Below are positions 1-13,557 of a DNA stretch of 64,000 nucleotides, piece after piece. Positions within the stretch are counted from its first letter, which is position 1; the number at the start of each line of letters is the position of its first letter. Source of the DNA: the human T2T-CHM13v2.0 reference genome, Homo sapiens; the NCBI RefSeq assembly GCF_009914755.1, contig NC_060936.1; one strand, given 5' to 3'. The translations under genes and the position numbers were made by a program. A model generated the notes under the pieces. It was not told the DNA's origin. It made no database searches and worked only from the letters and a program-made list of their open reading frames with translations.

Positions 1-405
1 ATAAAAAGCAAAGCAAAGGAAGACAAAAAGATGAATAAAGCCTACAACCCCTTGCTATAATTTCAGTAGCTGAAGCTGGTAATTAATTTAGCAACTATTT
101 ATTGAGTGACTACAATGTGCCAGGCACTTTGCTAGTTCAGGGGAGATGGTGGTAAACAAGACGGATGGCTAACCACCTGTAAAGAGCATGCATGTTGGTT
201 TACACGTCTATGCACCATGTAGTTAACATACATTATTTAACTTAATTCCTACATCAATTTTATAAGAATCGTTATCCCGTTATGTAGATGAAACTAAGGT
301 TCAGGAAGTTTAAATCCTTGGTCTAGGCTTGCATCTCAACTAAGCTGCCAGAACTGAGGTCTGTCTGATTTGAACATGCACCCCTGCAATATATTGACAA
401 AGTCA

Positions 406-642
406 GATCTCAGCTCGCTGTAACCTCCAACTCCTGGGTTCAAGTGATTCTCCTGTCTCAGCCTCCCAAGTAGCTGGGATTACAGGCATGTGCCACCATG
501 CCTGGCTAATTTTTGTATTTTTAGTAGAGGTGAGGTTTTGCCATGTTGGCCAGGCTGGTCTTGAACTTCTGACCTCAGGTGATCCACCCGCCTCAGCCTC
601 CCAAAGTGCTGAGATTATAGGCGTGAGCAACCATGCCCGGCC
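406..642 (-). mobile_element. AluS, lacking 3' end and poly(A)
   Basis: Antisense Alu consensus from GATCTCAGCTC to CCCGGCC. Confidence 0.9.
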
Positions 643-1465
643 AGCAGCATTATCTTTTGATAGAAGACCTCAAAGAGAGGGAGTTACTTTGCAATGGCAG
701 CAGAAGGTAGCAGTAGTAGTAGTGGTAGTTAGCATAGCTTTGATATTTGCCAAGGGCTTCACATACCTATTTCCCCTGAGTCTCTATCACAGCACCTCTG
801 TGAAGTGAATAGTAATATTATCCTCATATTGGAGATGAAGAAACAAAGGCCCCCAAATTACTTGTTTACATAGTAGAAATAAGATTCAAGTCCAGATTTA
901 CAGACTCCAAATCAAGTAGGTGTGTGAAAGTGTTTCATAAATTACAGAAGGTTCTCCCAATGTTTGTGCAAATGTTTCATTAAAAAGCACCCTTTTCATT
1001 GTGTGAAAATGTGGCCATGTGGCCAATAAAGTAGGCTTACCCTTGGCTGCCTTTTAAGAGTAAGTCAGGGGTAGGAGTGGGAATATTATAAAGCAAGGTT
1101 TGGTCTAGTCATACTGTATGTGATTGTATGATTATTTACTCTGAATAAATGTGATTCAGGCTTTAGGCTTTTCAATATTGTGCCAAACACCGTATTTTGG
1201 AATTCAGAACCTACAAGGTAGAGATGCCATAATTCTCTTTATAGAGAGAGCCCTTGATAGATATCCATAATCAATTCCAGCATTGTCTACCAGTGCTGCT
1301 TTGTGCAGACACAGCCTCTTGAACCCAGTCCTCTTGGTCTGGAAACTAGTCATATACTAGAGGAAACCAAACAGATTGGTAAAGGCTGGGGCAACTGAGT
1401 ATTTTCCAAAGCATATTTGAAATTCTGTTCTTGACTCTGATTTTGAGGTTTTGGCTTCACTGTAG

Positions 1466-1593
1466 GTTTTAATGTCAACCACCTGGACATTGCCCCACGC
1501 TATGCCAGCATTCTCATGGGGATCTCAAACGGAGTGGGAACCCTCTCTGGAATGGTCTGTCCCCTCATTGTCGGTGCAATGACCAGGCACAAG
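1466..1593 (+). CDS. SLC17A8: Vesicular glutamate transporter 3, penultimate coding exon (128 bp, phase 1 to 0)
   Basis: Acceptor ttcactgtag| at 1465 and donor AAG|gtaaag at 1594. Translates (G)[42 protein letters not shown], the conserved SLC17/VGLUT late-TM segment. Confidence 0.97.
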
Positions 1594-2712
1594 GTAAAGG
1601 TCTCCTTTGTGGCTATGGGTTACAATATCAGAGGACTGGAGCTCTACACAAACTTGAGATTTCAAGGCTCTACTGCAGTCTGTAAATGTGTATGTCCTTG
1701 ACCTTGACTGAGTCAGCTGAACTTCTTTTTTTTTTCTTCCTTCTTCTGATTTTCAAATCATTGCTTATCAATGGCACCAAGGCTAGTTGTTGTTTTGTTC
1801 TATGTTTTCTCAATTGAGGAATAATAGTCTGGGGAGAGGGGATGGGCCATAGAAACTGTTTAGAGACCCAAAGAAGAAACTGAGGCAGTCAACTTGGGAT
1901 AAATGAGTTACTGAAGATTGTTTTCTCATTCTCAGTGATTAAACCTTATAGCCTATTTCCATCCATTGCTTAGCATGTTTCAGCATAAAAAGATGAGTGC
2001 TATTCTACTTCCTTGTTAAGAATAAAATAAACAGGACATTGATAACCTACCCAGTTGTTACTGAGCCTTTGTGAATTTAGACAAGGGTGGATGGTAGAGG
2101 CAGATCCATCCAGAGTTCAACCACAGCCCACATGATTTCTTTATCTTTGTCACTGAAACGTCTCAAGATGCTGCTTTCTGCAAATAAGAATTCTTTGATA
2201 CCATGGGATTTTTTTCCCCCATCTATTTTCTTAGTTGGATTGCCTATTACAAATATAACTTCAGAAGTTTTTGCAGCTTCCTGCAGAAGAAAGTGTGAGA
2301 TAAATTTTCTTACTTTTTGACAGAAAAGGTAGGATTTTATAGGCAGAGAATTCATGTTTTCCATCTCTGTTCATGAAATGATAGGATTGATAACCTGACT
2401 ATTAAATCCAAGATATCTTCCCCCAACCTTAGACACAAATTCCCATTATTTTTTGACATACTTTTTTTTACACTGAAAATATTATAAAGTTCTTGTCAGT
2501 CAAGGGTGAGAACTTTAATGGCTCAAATATTGTTATGTATCCAACAACAAGCAAGAAGGAGACTTCTGATATTTAAAACGGTGGGTTCCTAAAACAATTT
2601 TAATTTAGCTGACTATGTGAAGGGAAACCCCATTTGAGTATTCAAAAAGCTATGCAATGGTGCTGCAGGTATTAATATTTGTATATGTTGTTTATTTTAA
2701 AATGTATTTTCT

Positions 2713-2995
<283 letters not shown>

Positions 2996-3251
2996 TTAAA
3001 AAAATACGTATTTATTGTTTTGTCTAACTTTCATATTCATTGTTGTCTTAACTTTCATTTTTTAAGTTTTTCTTTTAAATTTGGTTTGAATCCCGGATGG
3101 TGCTTCTGACACACGTCCTCCCGCCCAAGGAGCCTCTAGAGCATCACCTTCCAAATGGGCAGGTGCTTTTTCACAGTGGAGGCCTCCAGGACATACTGGT
3201 AATCTCTAGTTTTAGTTAAAACATTAATTGGCACTTTATTTCCTTATTTAG

Positions 3252-3596
<345 letters not shown>

Positions 3597-5500
3597 TGTC
3601 TGAGAGGCACTTCTGTCTTCTCCTTACTTTAGAAACAGAAAGTATCCATACCTATTGCCTTTCTTGTAGCCCAGCTTGCCAGAGGTCCAAATATTGGGAG
3701 GGGAGAAGATCTAACCAGCAACAGGGAAAAGAGAAATATTATCTTTCAATGACATGTATAGGTAAGGAGCTGCGCTCAGTTGATAACATAGTTGATAATA
3801 CATATTTTTTGAATTGACAGTTGACCCTTCTCTCAAAGAGCTAAACTTATTCAGAAAGGAATGACTAGAAGAAAAAGGAGACAATACCATGTTGTTCAAA
3901 GAAACATTGAAGGAAATTGGGATGTTTGGCCAGAAGGAATGTAAACAGTAGTAGTAGCTGCCACCACATCTCTAGGGTAGCCATGCAGAGGAGGGCTTCA
4001 TATTCCCAATAAACCCCACGTTGTGGCAGGTGCTTTATAAACACTCTTATTTAATCTCCACACCTTTATGACACACATTTCTTATCCCCATTTTACAACC
4101 AAGGCATCTAAAGCAACAAGAAATGAACTTGCCCAAGGTCATCTGCCAGGGTCAGTGCTGAGACTGTTGAAGCTCTCAATAGGTGGCAGTTTTAGGGAAG
4201 ATTTCCATTCAGTGTAGGGAAGACATTTGTAATAATGAAAACTGAAAATGGAGTAATTGTGAGTAACTCACCACTTTAGCAGGTGTTGGGGAAGGGAAAC
4301 ATTTGGGTTGATGAGGCAGAGGGGATTCAAATGTGTGAGAGGCTAGATTCAAAGACCCTCAGTGTTCTATGTTATCTGAAGAGTCAAATGGTTTTGTGAC
4401 TCCATAGTTTTTAAAGTAATAAGGGTCAAAGACTACATCAGAGATTCAAATAGGTTTTTAAAGAAAAGCTAAGCAAGAGAGCCAAATTTTTAGAAATCTG
4501 ATGGTCAAAATAGCTGAAAGCAGTAAACAAGAGATTGGCTATTAAATTTCAACTTTCCATAATATTAAGAATGTAGCTAAATGATGTCCCAAACTACTTA
4601 CAAACTTTTAAGACATTTAATAATTTAAGAAGTAGGTTCATGTGTTTTCTTAGGTAAAGTTCTTCTGAAAGAATTTTCTATTTTTAAAAAATGTATCTCT
4701 TTAGCCTTTTCTGCTGGAGATTATATTAGGAAGTTTCATCAGATTGTATAAAATTATGATTTTGTATCAAAAGTATTCATGATGACTCTATTTGGAATGA
4801 TATTCAGGGAAATCACAATAATATAGCAGTAGTTATACAGAGAAATACTACAATGAAAACATTTGGGGCAATTAGACCTACAGTTACTGTTGAAAAATTC
4901 ACCTTTGATTGCATAAGGCAATTACATGGATACTTTTAGATATATTTAAAATTTTAACATTGGCATCTAAAGTGTTATTTGAAAATAAAATTATTTTCCT
5001 GTTCATTGATTTTAAACATTTTATTCCTACTTTCAGAAGAAAAATATAATACGGAAAAAATTATAGATTTACTTGTAGCTTATTATTGTAAAGTGTTTTT
5101 TTTTTTTTTTTTTTTTTTTCTAATTTCTCCCACATGTATTTCTGGTCCCCAGTGATACTAGCTGAGTTGTAGTGTATTTTATAAATGGAATAATCTTGGG
5201 GAAAAATTGCGATTCTTCATTAAATAATATTCTTTATGTCACTAGCATACAATTTATGTTAGTAGACATCTTTAAATCTCTTTAATGAGTGAATCCATGC
5301 AAGCCCCATAAAACAGTTCCTAGCATGCAGAAAATGCCCACGTAAATAGCTGTCATCATCATTATCTTTTAACATTTTGGGGGACTTTCCAGTTGAAAAG
5401 AAAACATGCTATGTCATTTTTATCCATTATCCCTGGAACTTATTGTGAAAGTTGTGCTGTTTTCTAAGTAAAATAAAAAATAAAAAATTAGCAATTTATG
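3597..5500 (+). other. SLC17A8: SLC17A8 3' UTR (~1.9 kb, AU-rich, contains a MIR remnant ~4030-4180 and a T24 tract 5096-5119)
   Basis: Follows the stop codon and ends near tandem AATAAA followed by a GT/T-rich element. The end position is approximate. Confidence 0.8.
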
Positions 5501-5530
5501 ATAGCCAGTGTTTTATTTTGTGTGTGTGTT
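5472..5530 (+). terminator. Polyadenylation signal of SLC17A8
   Basis: AATAAA at 5472-5477 and 5479-5484, followed by GTGTTTTATTTTGTGTGTGTGTT (GU/U-rich downstream element). Confidence 0.75.
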
Positions 5531-6254
5531 AGTAAAGTCAAATAATTGTATTTTAAAAACTCACGATAATCCTTAAGGTAGTATTGTATATTGTGACACA
5601 AAGTTGTATTTATCGCATCATTTGAAGTTGGTATCATATGCAGAAAACCCACGTTTTTCCTGTAACTTGCCTTTATAATATGTATTTTTTTTTAAATGAA
5701 GTCATGGATCAAGGTGTTAAAAACTAAAAAATACATTATTTTGTTGTGATGGGTTTTTCTCTGCATAGGTAGCAATGGATAAATAATTACATTTTAACAC
5801 CAGACAGATGCCATTTGCAAGTCATTGTACATTTTGCTGCGAATGTCCATTTGTAGGTCAATTCATGGATGCAAACCATGGATTCTAGCAGGAAGGGAAG
5901 GAGGCCTGTAGGTGCAGGGTTCTTGAGACAAGAAAGATCTGATGATCCTTTCCAACAATCAAAGTTTTGGAAATTCCTTAATATGACAAGAAAAGTAAGT
6001 ATTAAAGAAATAATGGCCCATTTGTTATCCCTGTCTGGATGTTAAATTCAACAGGTAAAAATTGGAACCTATTATGTGTATTTCTATTTTACTCTGCCTC
6101 CTCCCAACCCCAATAAATCTGTTTTTCTTTCTCTATTTCTTATCTCAGTTAGTCACATTATCTTTTTGCTCAAGCTAGAATTCTTAGAGTCATCCTTGAC
6201 TTAAAATATTTTTCCCCTTCTCTCTCTTCTCTGCCAAGTTCATGTAATTTAATT

Positions 6255-6874
6255 TTCAATCTGTGGATCCATGTCTTACATCAGCTTGGGAAAACTCTCT
6301 CCATTACCTCTTAATATACTGCTTTTGCTCCATTCTGTCTCTACTGTTTTGCTAGGCATTCAGTTAAATGTATTCTAGACTGTATGTAGGTCTCTGATCA
6401 CCTGTTCTGTATTTTCCAGTGCTTTGCCTCTTTATATGTCATGCTGGATATCTTCTCCTGACTTATCTTTCAGTTCTTTATCTCTCTCTCTTCAGTGAGG
6501 TCTAACCTGCAAAACTCCATCCATTGTGTTCTTAATCTTAGTGATTGTATTTTCAGTTCTAGAATTTTTATTGGTTCTTTTTCGTTTCTGCTATGTCTTT
6601 TAAAAAGTATTTCCAGCTCTCTGCTGAAATTTTCAATACCGTATTTTATTTTCTGGGACATAGTAAGCTAATTGTTTTAAAGTCTGCTTAGTTCTAATAT
6701 TTGGAGACCATGTTAGTCTCTTTTATTGTTGTTGTTGTTGTTGGTTTTGCTGGTCCTTATTCATACTATCTTAACTGCATCTATGCCTGGTTTTCTTTGA
6801 CTTTATCAGACATTGCATTTGAAAAATTATTTGTAGAAATAATTTTTAGCAATTTTAGCCACGAAATAATGCCG

Positions 6875-6912
<38 letters not shown>

Positions 6913-7400
6913 TCCTTCTAGGAGGTTTTTGTTTGCTTCTTTCATGAGCCTAAGGGCATTAACAGTCTGGGATCACCTTAGTCCAGTTGCAGGGCCTTAG
7001 GTATTTTGTGCCATCCAGATGATTTGAAGCTGGACAACAGGATGTATGAAGGCTCTTACTTCCTGTTCACCCTTACTGCTGGAGCATAACACTTCAGGGT
7101 CCCAACCCACACTACAATGTTTTTACCGGGGTCCAACTCTTGTTTCCATACCAGGCCATCAAAGACACTGCTCAGCCATCAAACACTGGCTTTGTTCGAA
7201 TTAACAAATCCTCCCAGGAGAAAAGTGGCCTCAAATGTCAGAGTCACTTCTCTGGATTTTCATCTTCTGTCAGACGTCAGATGGTAGCCTGGGTATTTTT
7301 CACTACTGTTTTGGCTTTTCAATGCTTTTGAGCAGAATTAATTTTTTTTTTTTTTTTTTTTTTTTAGTTCAGCTTTTCTGGTAGGAAGGTTGGTCTGAAC
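6255..7400 (-). mobile_element. Old L1M/HAL1-like fragment with long poly(T) tracts
   Basis: T-rich antisense L1 ORF1-like texture; the minus ORF 6470-6661 (ILELKIQSLRL...) resembles the L1 ORF1 coiled coil. Confidence 0.55.
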
Positions 7401-7479
7401 TACCTAGTCTGTCATTAACAAACGCTGAAATATCTTTTAATTTTAACTTCACAAGTTCTCTCAAACTAATCTACCTCCT

Positions 7480-7870
7480 CAGGGAGAGTGTGATAATAAA
7501 TTAAACTTAGATCTCAGTGGCTTAATATAGCAAATGTTTAGTTCTCTCTTGTGTTACAAGTTGAATGTGGGTTGGTTGGGGTCAGGTGGAGTGGAGGCTT
7601 ATTCCAGTCACTCAGGTATCCAGGATGTATTTTCTCCATTCAGCATCTTGTAGTCAATTATTGGGAACATATAAATTCTGATATCACCATGAAAGGGGAA
7701 GGGAGAAGGAGGCACAATGGGTTTTACTGCTTTACTTGGAAGCAACACAATCACTTTTGGTTGCAGTCCATTGACCTACGCTAGTACATAGCCCAAGCCT
7801 AACTTCAAGCGTGGCTAGGAAACAAAGGGGAACATGTAGATTGCTAAGCAAGCATGAATTACACCTTCCA
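7480..7870 (-). mobile_element. MLT1 (MaLR) LTR remnant
   Basis: ATCTCAGTGGCTTAA...CACATAGCCCAAGCCTAACTTCAAG-type MLT1 motifs. Boundaries approximate. Confidence 0.55.
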
Positions 7871-8337
7871 TTCAGCTCTAGCCTTGGTTCAGGGTCTTAT
7901 GAACTCTCACTTAGCATATTGAAATAGTTTTCTAACCCCAACTGTCATAAATGATGTAAACCTGCTATGTGTCATTCTGAGAGATCTGAACTAGGTTGTA
8001 AGGAGCAAATCTTTGTAGGGAAAGGGCCCGTGAGCTTCCTCCAGGGAGGACCAGAGGCCTTAAAAATATCAATTTCCTGGAATAAAATAGATTATGGCCT
8101 GATTCTAACATGAACTAATAACCACGTGGGCCAAACTGAAGGGGCAGAAAAGTTGACTTTTCCTTTAGATTACAAGTAGTACTGTATCCTGGGCCTTATA
8201 CTAAGTCCTTTCCATACATAATCTCATTTAATTCTCATGGCAACCCAATGAGAAAGGGTTAATTATTTATTCCCAAGCATTTATTAATAAGTAAATGGTA
8301 TTTCAGAGAAGAATTTAAAGTCAGGTCCCTTAAGGCC

Positions 8338-8478
8338 ATATTTTAATCTTAATTCTTAATTAACACTAATAATCTATTCTTAATTTTTAAATTCTTTAAC
8401 CATAAGCCTAATTAAGATCAAACTCTTATTTTAATCTAATCTTAATTGAATCATAATCTTAATTCTTAATCTTTAATC
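8338..8478. repeat. Degenerate (CTTAAT)n-like AT-rich low-complexity tract
   Basis: Repeated TTAAT/CTTAAT units. Confidence 0.7.
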
Positions 8479-9875
8479 TGTTCTCTATGGCTTCTACTCG
8501 CTAGCAGTAATTCCAGACAGTGGTGTTCTCAAAGTCAAGAGTGTTCCAGTTACTTCAGTGAAGTATGATCAAAGTGATGGAATGAGCTCTGGCAGTTTAC
8601 TCTAGACCTAAGGAGATAGGGACAGGTGAAAAGCCAGATGAACATGTGAGATCATTTTTCTCATCAACTGCTGGACTGCAGAGAACCAGGGGCCCCTGTA
8701 TTTCCCCTATTTCCATAGCTACGCAGATAGGTAAGATAGGAAAGTTGAACCCAACGCTTACTGGGTGTGTTTGTGTTGAGTGAGGGTTGGTTTGCAAGGG
8801 ACTGATTTTTTCCCAGGAATCCCAAATATAGACACAACAAACATCCAGCCACACAGTACATGCCTTGCATAAACTGGGTGCTCAACCAATATGATCTTCA
8901 AAATCTGATGTGGTGTTTAAGGAGATTATGCTGGTGATGGCACTCAGGTTATCTTGTTAAACATGGCGGAATAAATGCAGTCATTTCTAGCTGATTTCTA
9001 AAATTAAAATAAAAAAACACATAAACTGGCCAGGACAAAGTGAAAGAGGGAGAAAAATCACGTTTAGAAAGCTGAATAAGGATGCATGAGTCTTAACTGA
9101 CTTCAGCAGAACTGAGTGAAAAAGAAGAAAGCTCTTTCATGTTACTGCACCCAAGAAAGGTTTAAAATGGAAGGTACCAGCACCAGGTACCTCTGGAGGA
9201 CAGAGTGAAGAGTGGAGTGGGGTTGGAGGAGGAGGACTGAGAACATAAGGACTGGTTGAAAATTATCATTATCAGATTTAGCAATGCTGTTGAAAGGGCA
9301 TGTAAGAAGCAGTTATCACCCCAGAGTCTCTCTCCCACCAGCTCAACCAAGAAACTGCCCCTCCCCAAACCTAGTGGAAAACAGGAAGTTCATTTTCTGG
9401 GTGGGGGCACTCTGGATTCAAGAACACCCATCATAGCTGAGTATCGGCTCCAAAAGCTAGAGATTTTGGTCCGTTTTGGTTACTGATGTATCTCAAGTAT
9501 CTAGAGATGCCTGGCATTTAATAGCCACCTGGTAATTATTCTTCAAGTGCATGCATGAATGAATGAACCTTATTATACACAGGGAAATTAATCAAAAGTT
9601 TGCATAACGAACACTGAAAGCTTCCAGCTTCCTTCTTGGGCTGAGCTTCCAAAATGCTGCCAGTCAGAATCATATCCCCTAAGCAGGAGATTATAGGATT
9701 CATGGGATCAGTGGTGGGAACTCACATATAAGTAAAAGGGCTTACAGCTATTGACATTTGGGGCTTTCCCCATCAAAATAAAGTGATCCTTGCCTAGTCA
9801 CTCCCTGTGGGACCTACCCACCAAGCCCTGCCCAAGGGAATTATTCATTCATTCATTCACTTATTCATTCAACAA

Positions 9876-10041
9876 TTTTTTTTTTTTTTTTTGAGATAGG
9901 ATTTCACTCTGTCATCCAGGCTGGAGTGCAGTGGCACCATCATGGCTCACTGCAGCCTTGACCTCCTGGGCTCAAGCAATCCTCTCACCTCAGCCTCCTG
10001 AGTAGCTGGGACTACAGCCATGTGCCACCACACCTAGCTAA
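9876..10041 (-). mobile_element. Alu right monomer (AluJ/FRAM) inserted in an L2 tail
   Basis: Poly(T) then a single monomer; TSD TTCAACAA at 9868-9875 and 10043-10050. Confidence 0.85.
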
Positions 10042-10050
10042 GTTCAACAA

Positions 10051-11050
10051 CTATTTAGCACCTGTAACGAGCACCTCTAATGTTCTAGGCAGTAGGGCTA
10101 GAAAATAAGTAAACAAAATAGGTCGCTGCTCTGATGGAGCTTATATTCTGGGGGAAGGCACAAAAAATAAGGCTGTTAATGAGTAAAACCAGGACACAGT
10201 ATGTCAGTGCTAAGTGCTGAGAACAAACATAAAACCAGGTAAGGGGGGTGGGGAACATGAGGGATGATGTGTTAGGTCAAGTGTCCAGGGATAATGTGAT
10301 CTTTGAGTAGAGAACTGAAGGCTGTGAGGAAGCAAGTCAAGTGCATTTTGGGGGAAAGGGTTCCAGGCAAAGGAAAAAACAAGGGCAAAGGCCCTGAAGG
10401 GGGAACATGATGGGTATATTTAAAGAACACTAAGTCCCTTAAAGTACTCAGGTTCTGGACATGTTTCAAAGGAAGAGGGAACATTTTCTGAGAGGCAGAA
10501 GACTGGGGAGGAGCAGGACAATACTGGGGGAAGGAACTGGGAATTTTGACTTGTTTGATTTTAGAGCTTTCCTTGCCTATTGATATCTCAGTGGCAGTAT
10601 CAGGTAGGCAGTGGAAATACAGTCTAGGATTCGGGCCAGAAGTCAGAGCTAGAGTTGTACATTGGTGAGTCACTATCACATCACATAGTTGGTCTGTAAA
10701 GCCAGGAGACCAGATGAGATCATCAAGATTCCAGTGCAGAGAAGAACATGACTGAGCCCTGGGGACACTCCAACATAGAGAGATCAGGAAGACGAGAAGG
10801 AGCAAGTAGAAGAGATAGAAAAAGGGAGATAGAGGGTAGGGGTGATGGAACCCCGAGAGAGTGGTGTCCTGTGGCCAAGTGAAGCAAGTGTGGTGTGGAG
10901 GAGTGCATGGTCCATGTGTCAAAGCTTCTGTGAGATCAAGGAAGATGAGGACTGAGGATGGGCCATTGGATTTAGCAACATGGAGATCATTGGTGCCTTG
11001 ACAGGGGCAGTTTTAATATAGTGGTGATGACAAAAATCCTGAACAGTATG
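10051..11050 (-). mobile_element. L2 3' region
   Basis: (ATTC)n tail at 9841-9875 and typical L2 antisense motifs (GGCCATTGGATTTAGCAACATGGAG). Confidence 0.7.
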
Positions 11051-11453
11051 TGTTTAATCAAGGGTGAACATTTTATTGTCTTCCTCTTACTTATGAACAG
11101 ACAGCCAAGGATTGCCAGATAGTTTGGGGAAGTTTCCAATATGAAAGACAGAGACCAACAAAAACAGGAAGAAAGGTACTTGGAAGAAACCAGGTATCAC
11201 AGGGAATAGAACAAACCTGAACTTCAAAGAGAAGATACTGCATGCTTGAAACAAAAATAGAATTCTAGTTTCAAAAAAGGAAGATACATTCAGAGGAGAA
11301 GAGATTGGGCTAGAGAGAATCTTGAGTCTAGGAGGTCAGTTAGGAGTCTATTACAACAATTTAGAAATGAGGGCCTAGACTAGGATTCAGGGAATGGAAA
11401 TGGGAAAACAGGCTTGCTATAGAAAACCTAAAAAAAAAATTTTTTTTTCTAAT

Positions 11454-11766
11454 TGGGTGTGGTGGCACACACTTGTAGCCACACCTTAGGAGGCCTAGGC
11501 AGGTGGATGGCTTGAGGCCGGGAGTTTGAGACCAGCCTGGGCATCATAGTGAGAACTCATCTCTACCAAAAAATTAAAAAAATTAGCTGGGCATGGTGGC
11601 ATGTGATTATAGTCTCAGCTACTTGGGAGGCTGAGGCAGGAGGATTGCTTGTGCTTAGGAGTTTGAGGCTGCAATAGCTGTGATCATGCCACTGCACTCT
11701 AGCCTGGGCAACAAAGTAAGACCGTGTTGAGGTCTTACTTTGACTCCTTTGACCTCTTCAAAAAAA
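11454..11766 (+). mobile_element. AluJ with rearranged 3' end
   Basis: Dimeric AluJ consensus with extra sequence before a short A tail. Confidence 0.85.
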
Positions 11767-11901
11767 GAATGAGAGGGAAACCTCCCCCTTTTTTGTCTAA
11801 AAAGTATAATATATGCTTCTTGTAGAAAAGCTTCAATATATAGAACATGTATTGAAGAGAATAAAAATGACCCTAGTATTACAGCCGATTTAATAACTCT
11901 T

Positions 11902-11979
11902 GAATTCCTCAAGCAATCCTCTTGCCTCAGCCTTCCAAAGTGCTGAAATTACAGGCATGAGCCACCAAGCCCGGCCTCA
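11902..11979 (-). mobile_element. Tailless Alu 5' fragment (~75 bp) with 15-bp TSD
   Basis: TSD GATTTAATAACTCTT at 11887-11901 and 11980-11994. Confidence 0.85.
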
Positions 11980-12033
11980 GATTTAATAACTCTTAACATT
12001 CAGGCATGTATGCCTCCAGTCTTTTCTCTATGC

Positions 12034-12238
12034 TAGGGGTGTCCAATCTTTTGGCTTCCCTGGGCCACACTGGAAGAATTGTCTTAGGCCACACATAAAA
12101 TACACTAACACTAACGATAGCTGATGAGTTAAAAAAAAAATCGCAGAAAAACTCACGTTTTAATAAATTTGTGTTGGGCCACATTCAAATCTGTCCTGGG
12201 CCCCATGCGGCCCATAGGCCGTGGGCTGGACAAGCTTG
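12034..12238 (+). mobile_element. MER30 (hAT-Charlie MITE)
   Basis: AGGGGTGTCCAATCTTTTGGC...GGACAAGCTTG; 8-bp TSD CTCTATGC/CTCTATAC. Confidence 0.85.
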
Positions 12239-12365
12239 CTCTATACACATATTTTTGAACAAAATTGGGATCATACTATAGCTACAGTTTTCTATCCTAC
12301 TGTTTGCACTTAACCATATATAATAAGTCCTCATGTATTTAAATATTCTTTGAGAACACGATTTT

Positions 12366-12928
12366 TTAAAATTCACATACAATAAAATGCACAAATCAGG
12401 TTTACTGCTTTGTTGATTTTTACCTTTGTATACATATACCTATGTAAACAGTCCTCAATGGTAACCACTGTTCTGATTTCTATTATTGTAGATAAATTTT
12501 GCCTGAACTTAAGCTTCATATAAATGGAATTATACAGAATCAGCTCTTTTGAATCCTATTCCTTTCCTTCAGTTAATGTTTTAAAAATTGATCCATGTTT
12601 TGTGTTTATCAGTAGTTCATTTTTTAATAGATGCATCATACTGCATTGTATGGGTATACCAAAATTTGTTTACTTATTCTTCTATTGATAGCCATTTGAG
12701 TTGTTTCCAATTTTTTCGGGGGAAGGGTATTATAAATAAAGCTTATATAGGTATTCTTGTATTTTTATGAACATGTTTTTATTTCTTTAGGAGCAGAATT
12801 GCTGGATCCTAGGGCGGGTATATGTTTAGCTTTATAAGACACTGCAAACACTTTTCCATCATGTTTGTACCATTTCACTTTTCTACCATTTATGAATTCG
12901 AGTTCCAATTACTCCACATTCTCATCAA
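12366..12928 (-). mobile_element. L1M 3' end with intact 15-bp TSD
   Basis: TGAGAACACGATTTT at 12351-12365 and 12929-12943 flanking antisense L1 3' UTR-like sequence. Confidence 0.75.
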
Positions 12929-13349
12929 TGAGAACACGATTTTAATGACCAAACGTCTAACAACTAGACTGGTTGTTAGATGTTTAGATGTCAGTTGTTA
13001 GATGCTTTAGAGAGTTTCTACATTTTCACCATTATAAATAGTAATAACGAAGTTCTTGACTATAAATCCTTGACTTCACCTGTAAGAGATATTTTCAAGG
13101 GAAAATTAGCCTGACTTTTTATTTCTATGCGGTGTATCATTCAGTAAGTAACTGGTTAAATTTACTAGCAACAATAATAGAACAGATAATGTAAAAGTGC
13201 AGCTGACTGAAAAACAATTTCAAGGGGGCTTTGATGTGCATTTCTTCCATAGTTACATTTGAAGTGAACAGATGACTGAAATTCCAGGGCTCCAAAGCAC
13301 TTCAAACACAAGAATAACCCAAGGTAATAGTATCTCTATTTCTCCACGC

Positions 13350-13465
13350 TCCTTTCCCTTCCCTTCCCTCCCTTCCTCTTCCCTTCTCTTTCTTCTGCTC
13401 TCTCCTCTTCTTCTCTTCTTTTCTCCTCTCTCTTCCTCTCTCTCTTCTTACCTCTCTCCCTCCCC
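13350..13465. repeat. CT-rich polypyrimidine tract
   Basis: Almost pure C/T run just upstream of LTR12C. Confidence 0.85.
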
Positions 13466-13557
13466 ATACTTATATCCATTCATCATGTCTGGATTCTGAA
13501 ACAAAGTTTGAGTTAAGCCATTATCACAAAAACATGCTACTGACTTGAGAGAACTTT

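Noticed and set aside
403-808. ORFs with [16 protein letters not shown] / [15 protein letters not shown]-type peptides here and throughout
   Set aside because: Standard Alu translation artefacts.
1594-1701. Extension of ORF 1516-1701 beyond ...TRHK
   Set aside because: Read-through into the intron past the GT donor at 1594.
10272-10922. Longest ORF in the track (216 aa, minus)
   Set aside because: Lies in a degenerate L2 remnant, with low-complexity composition and no splice or start context.
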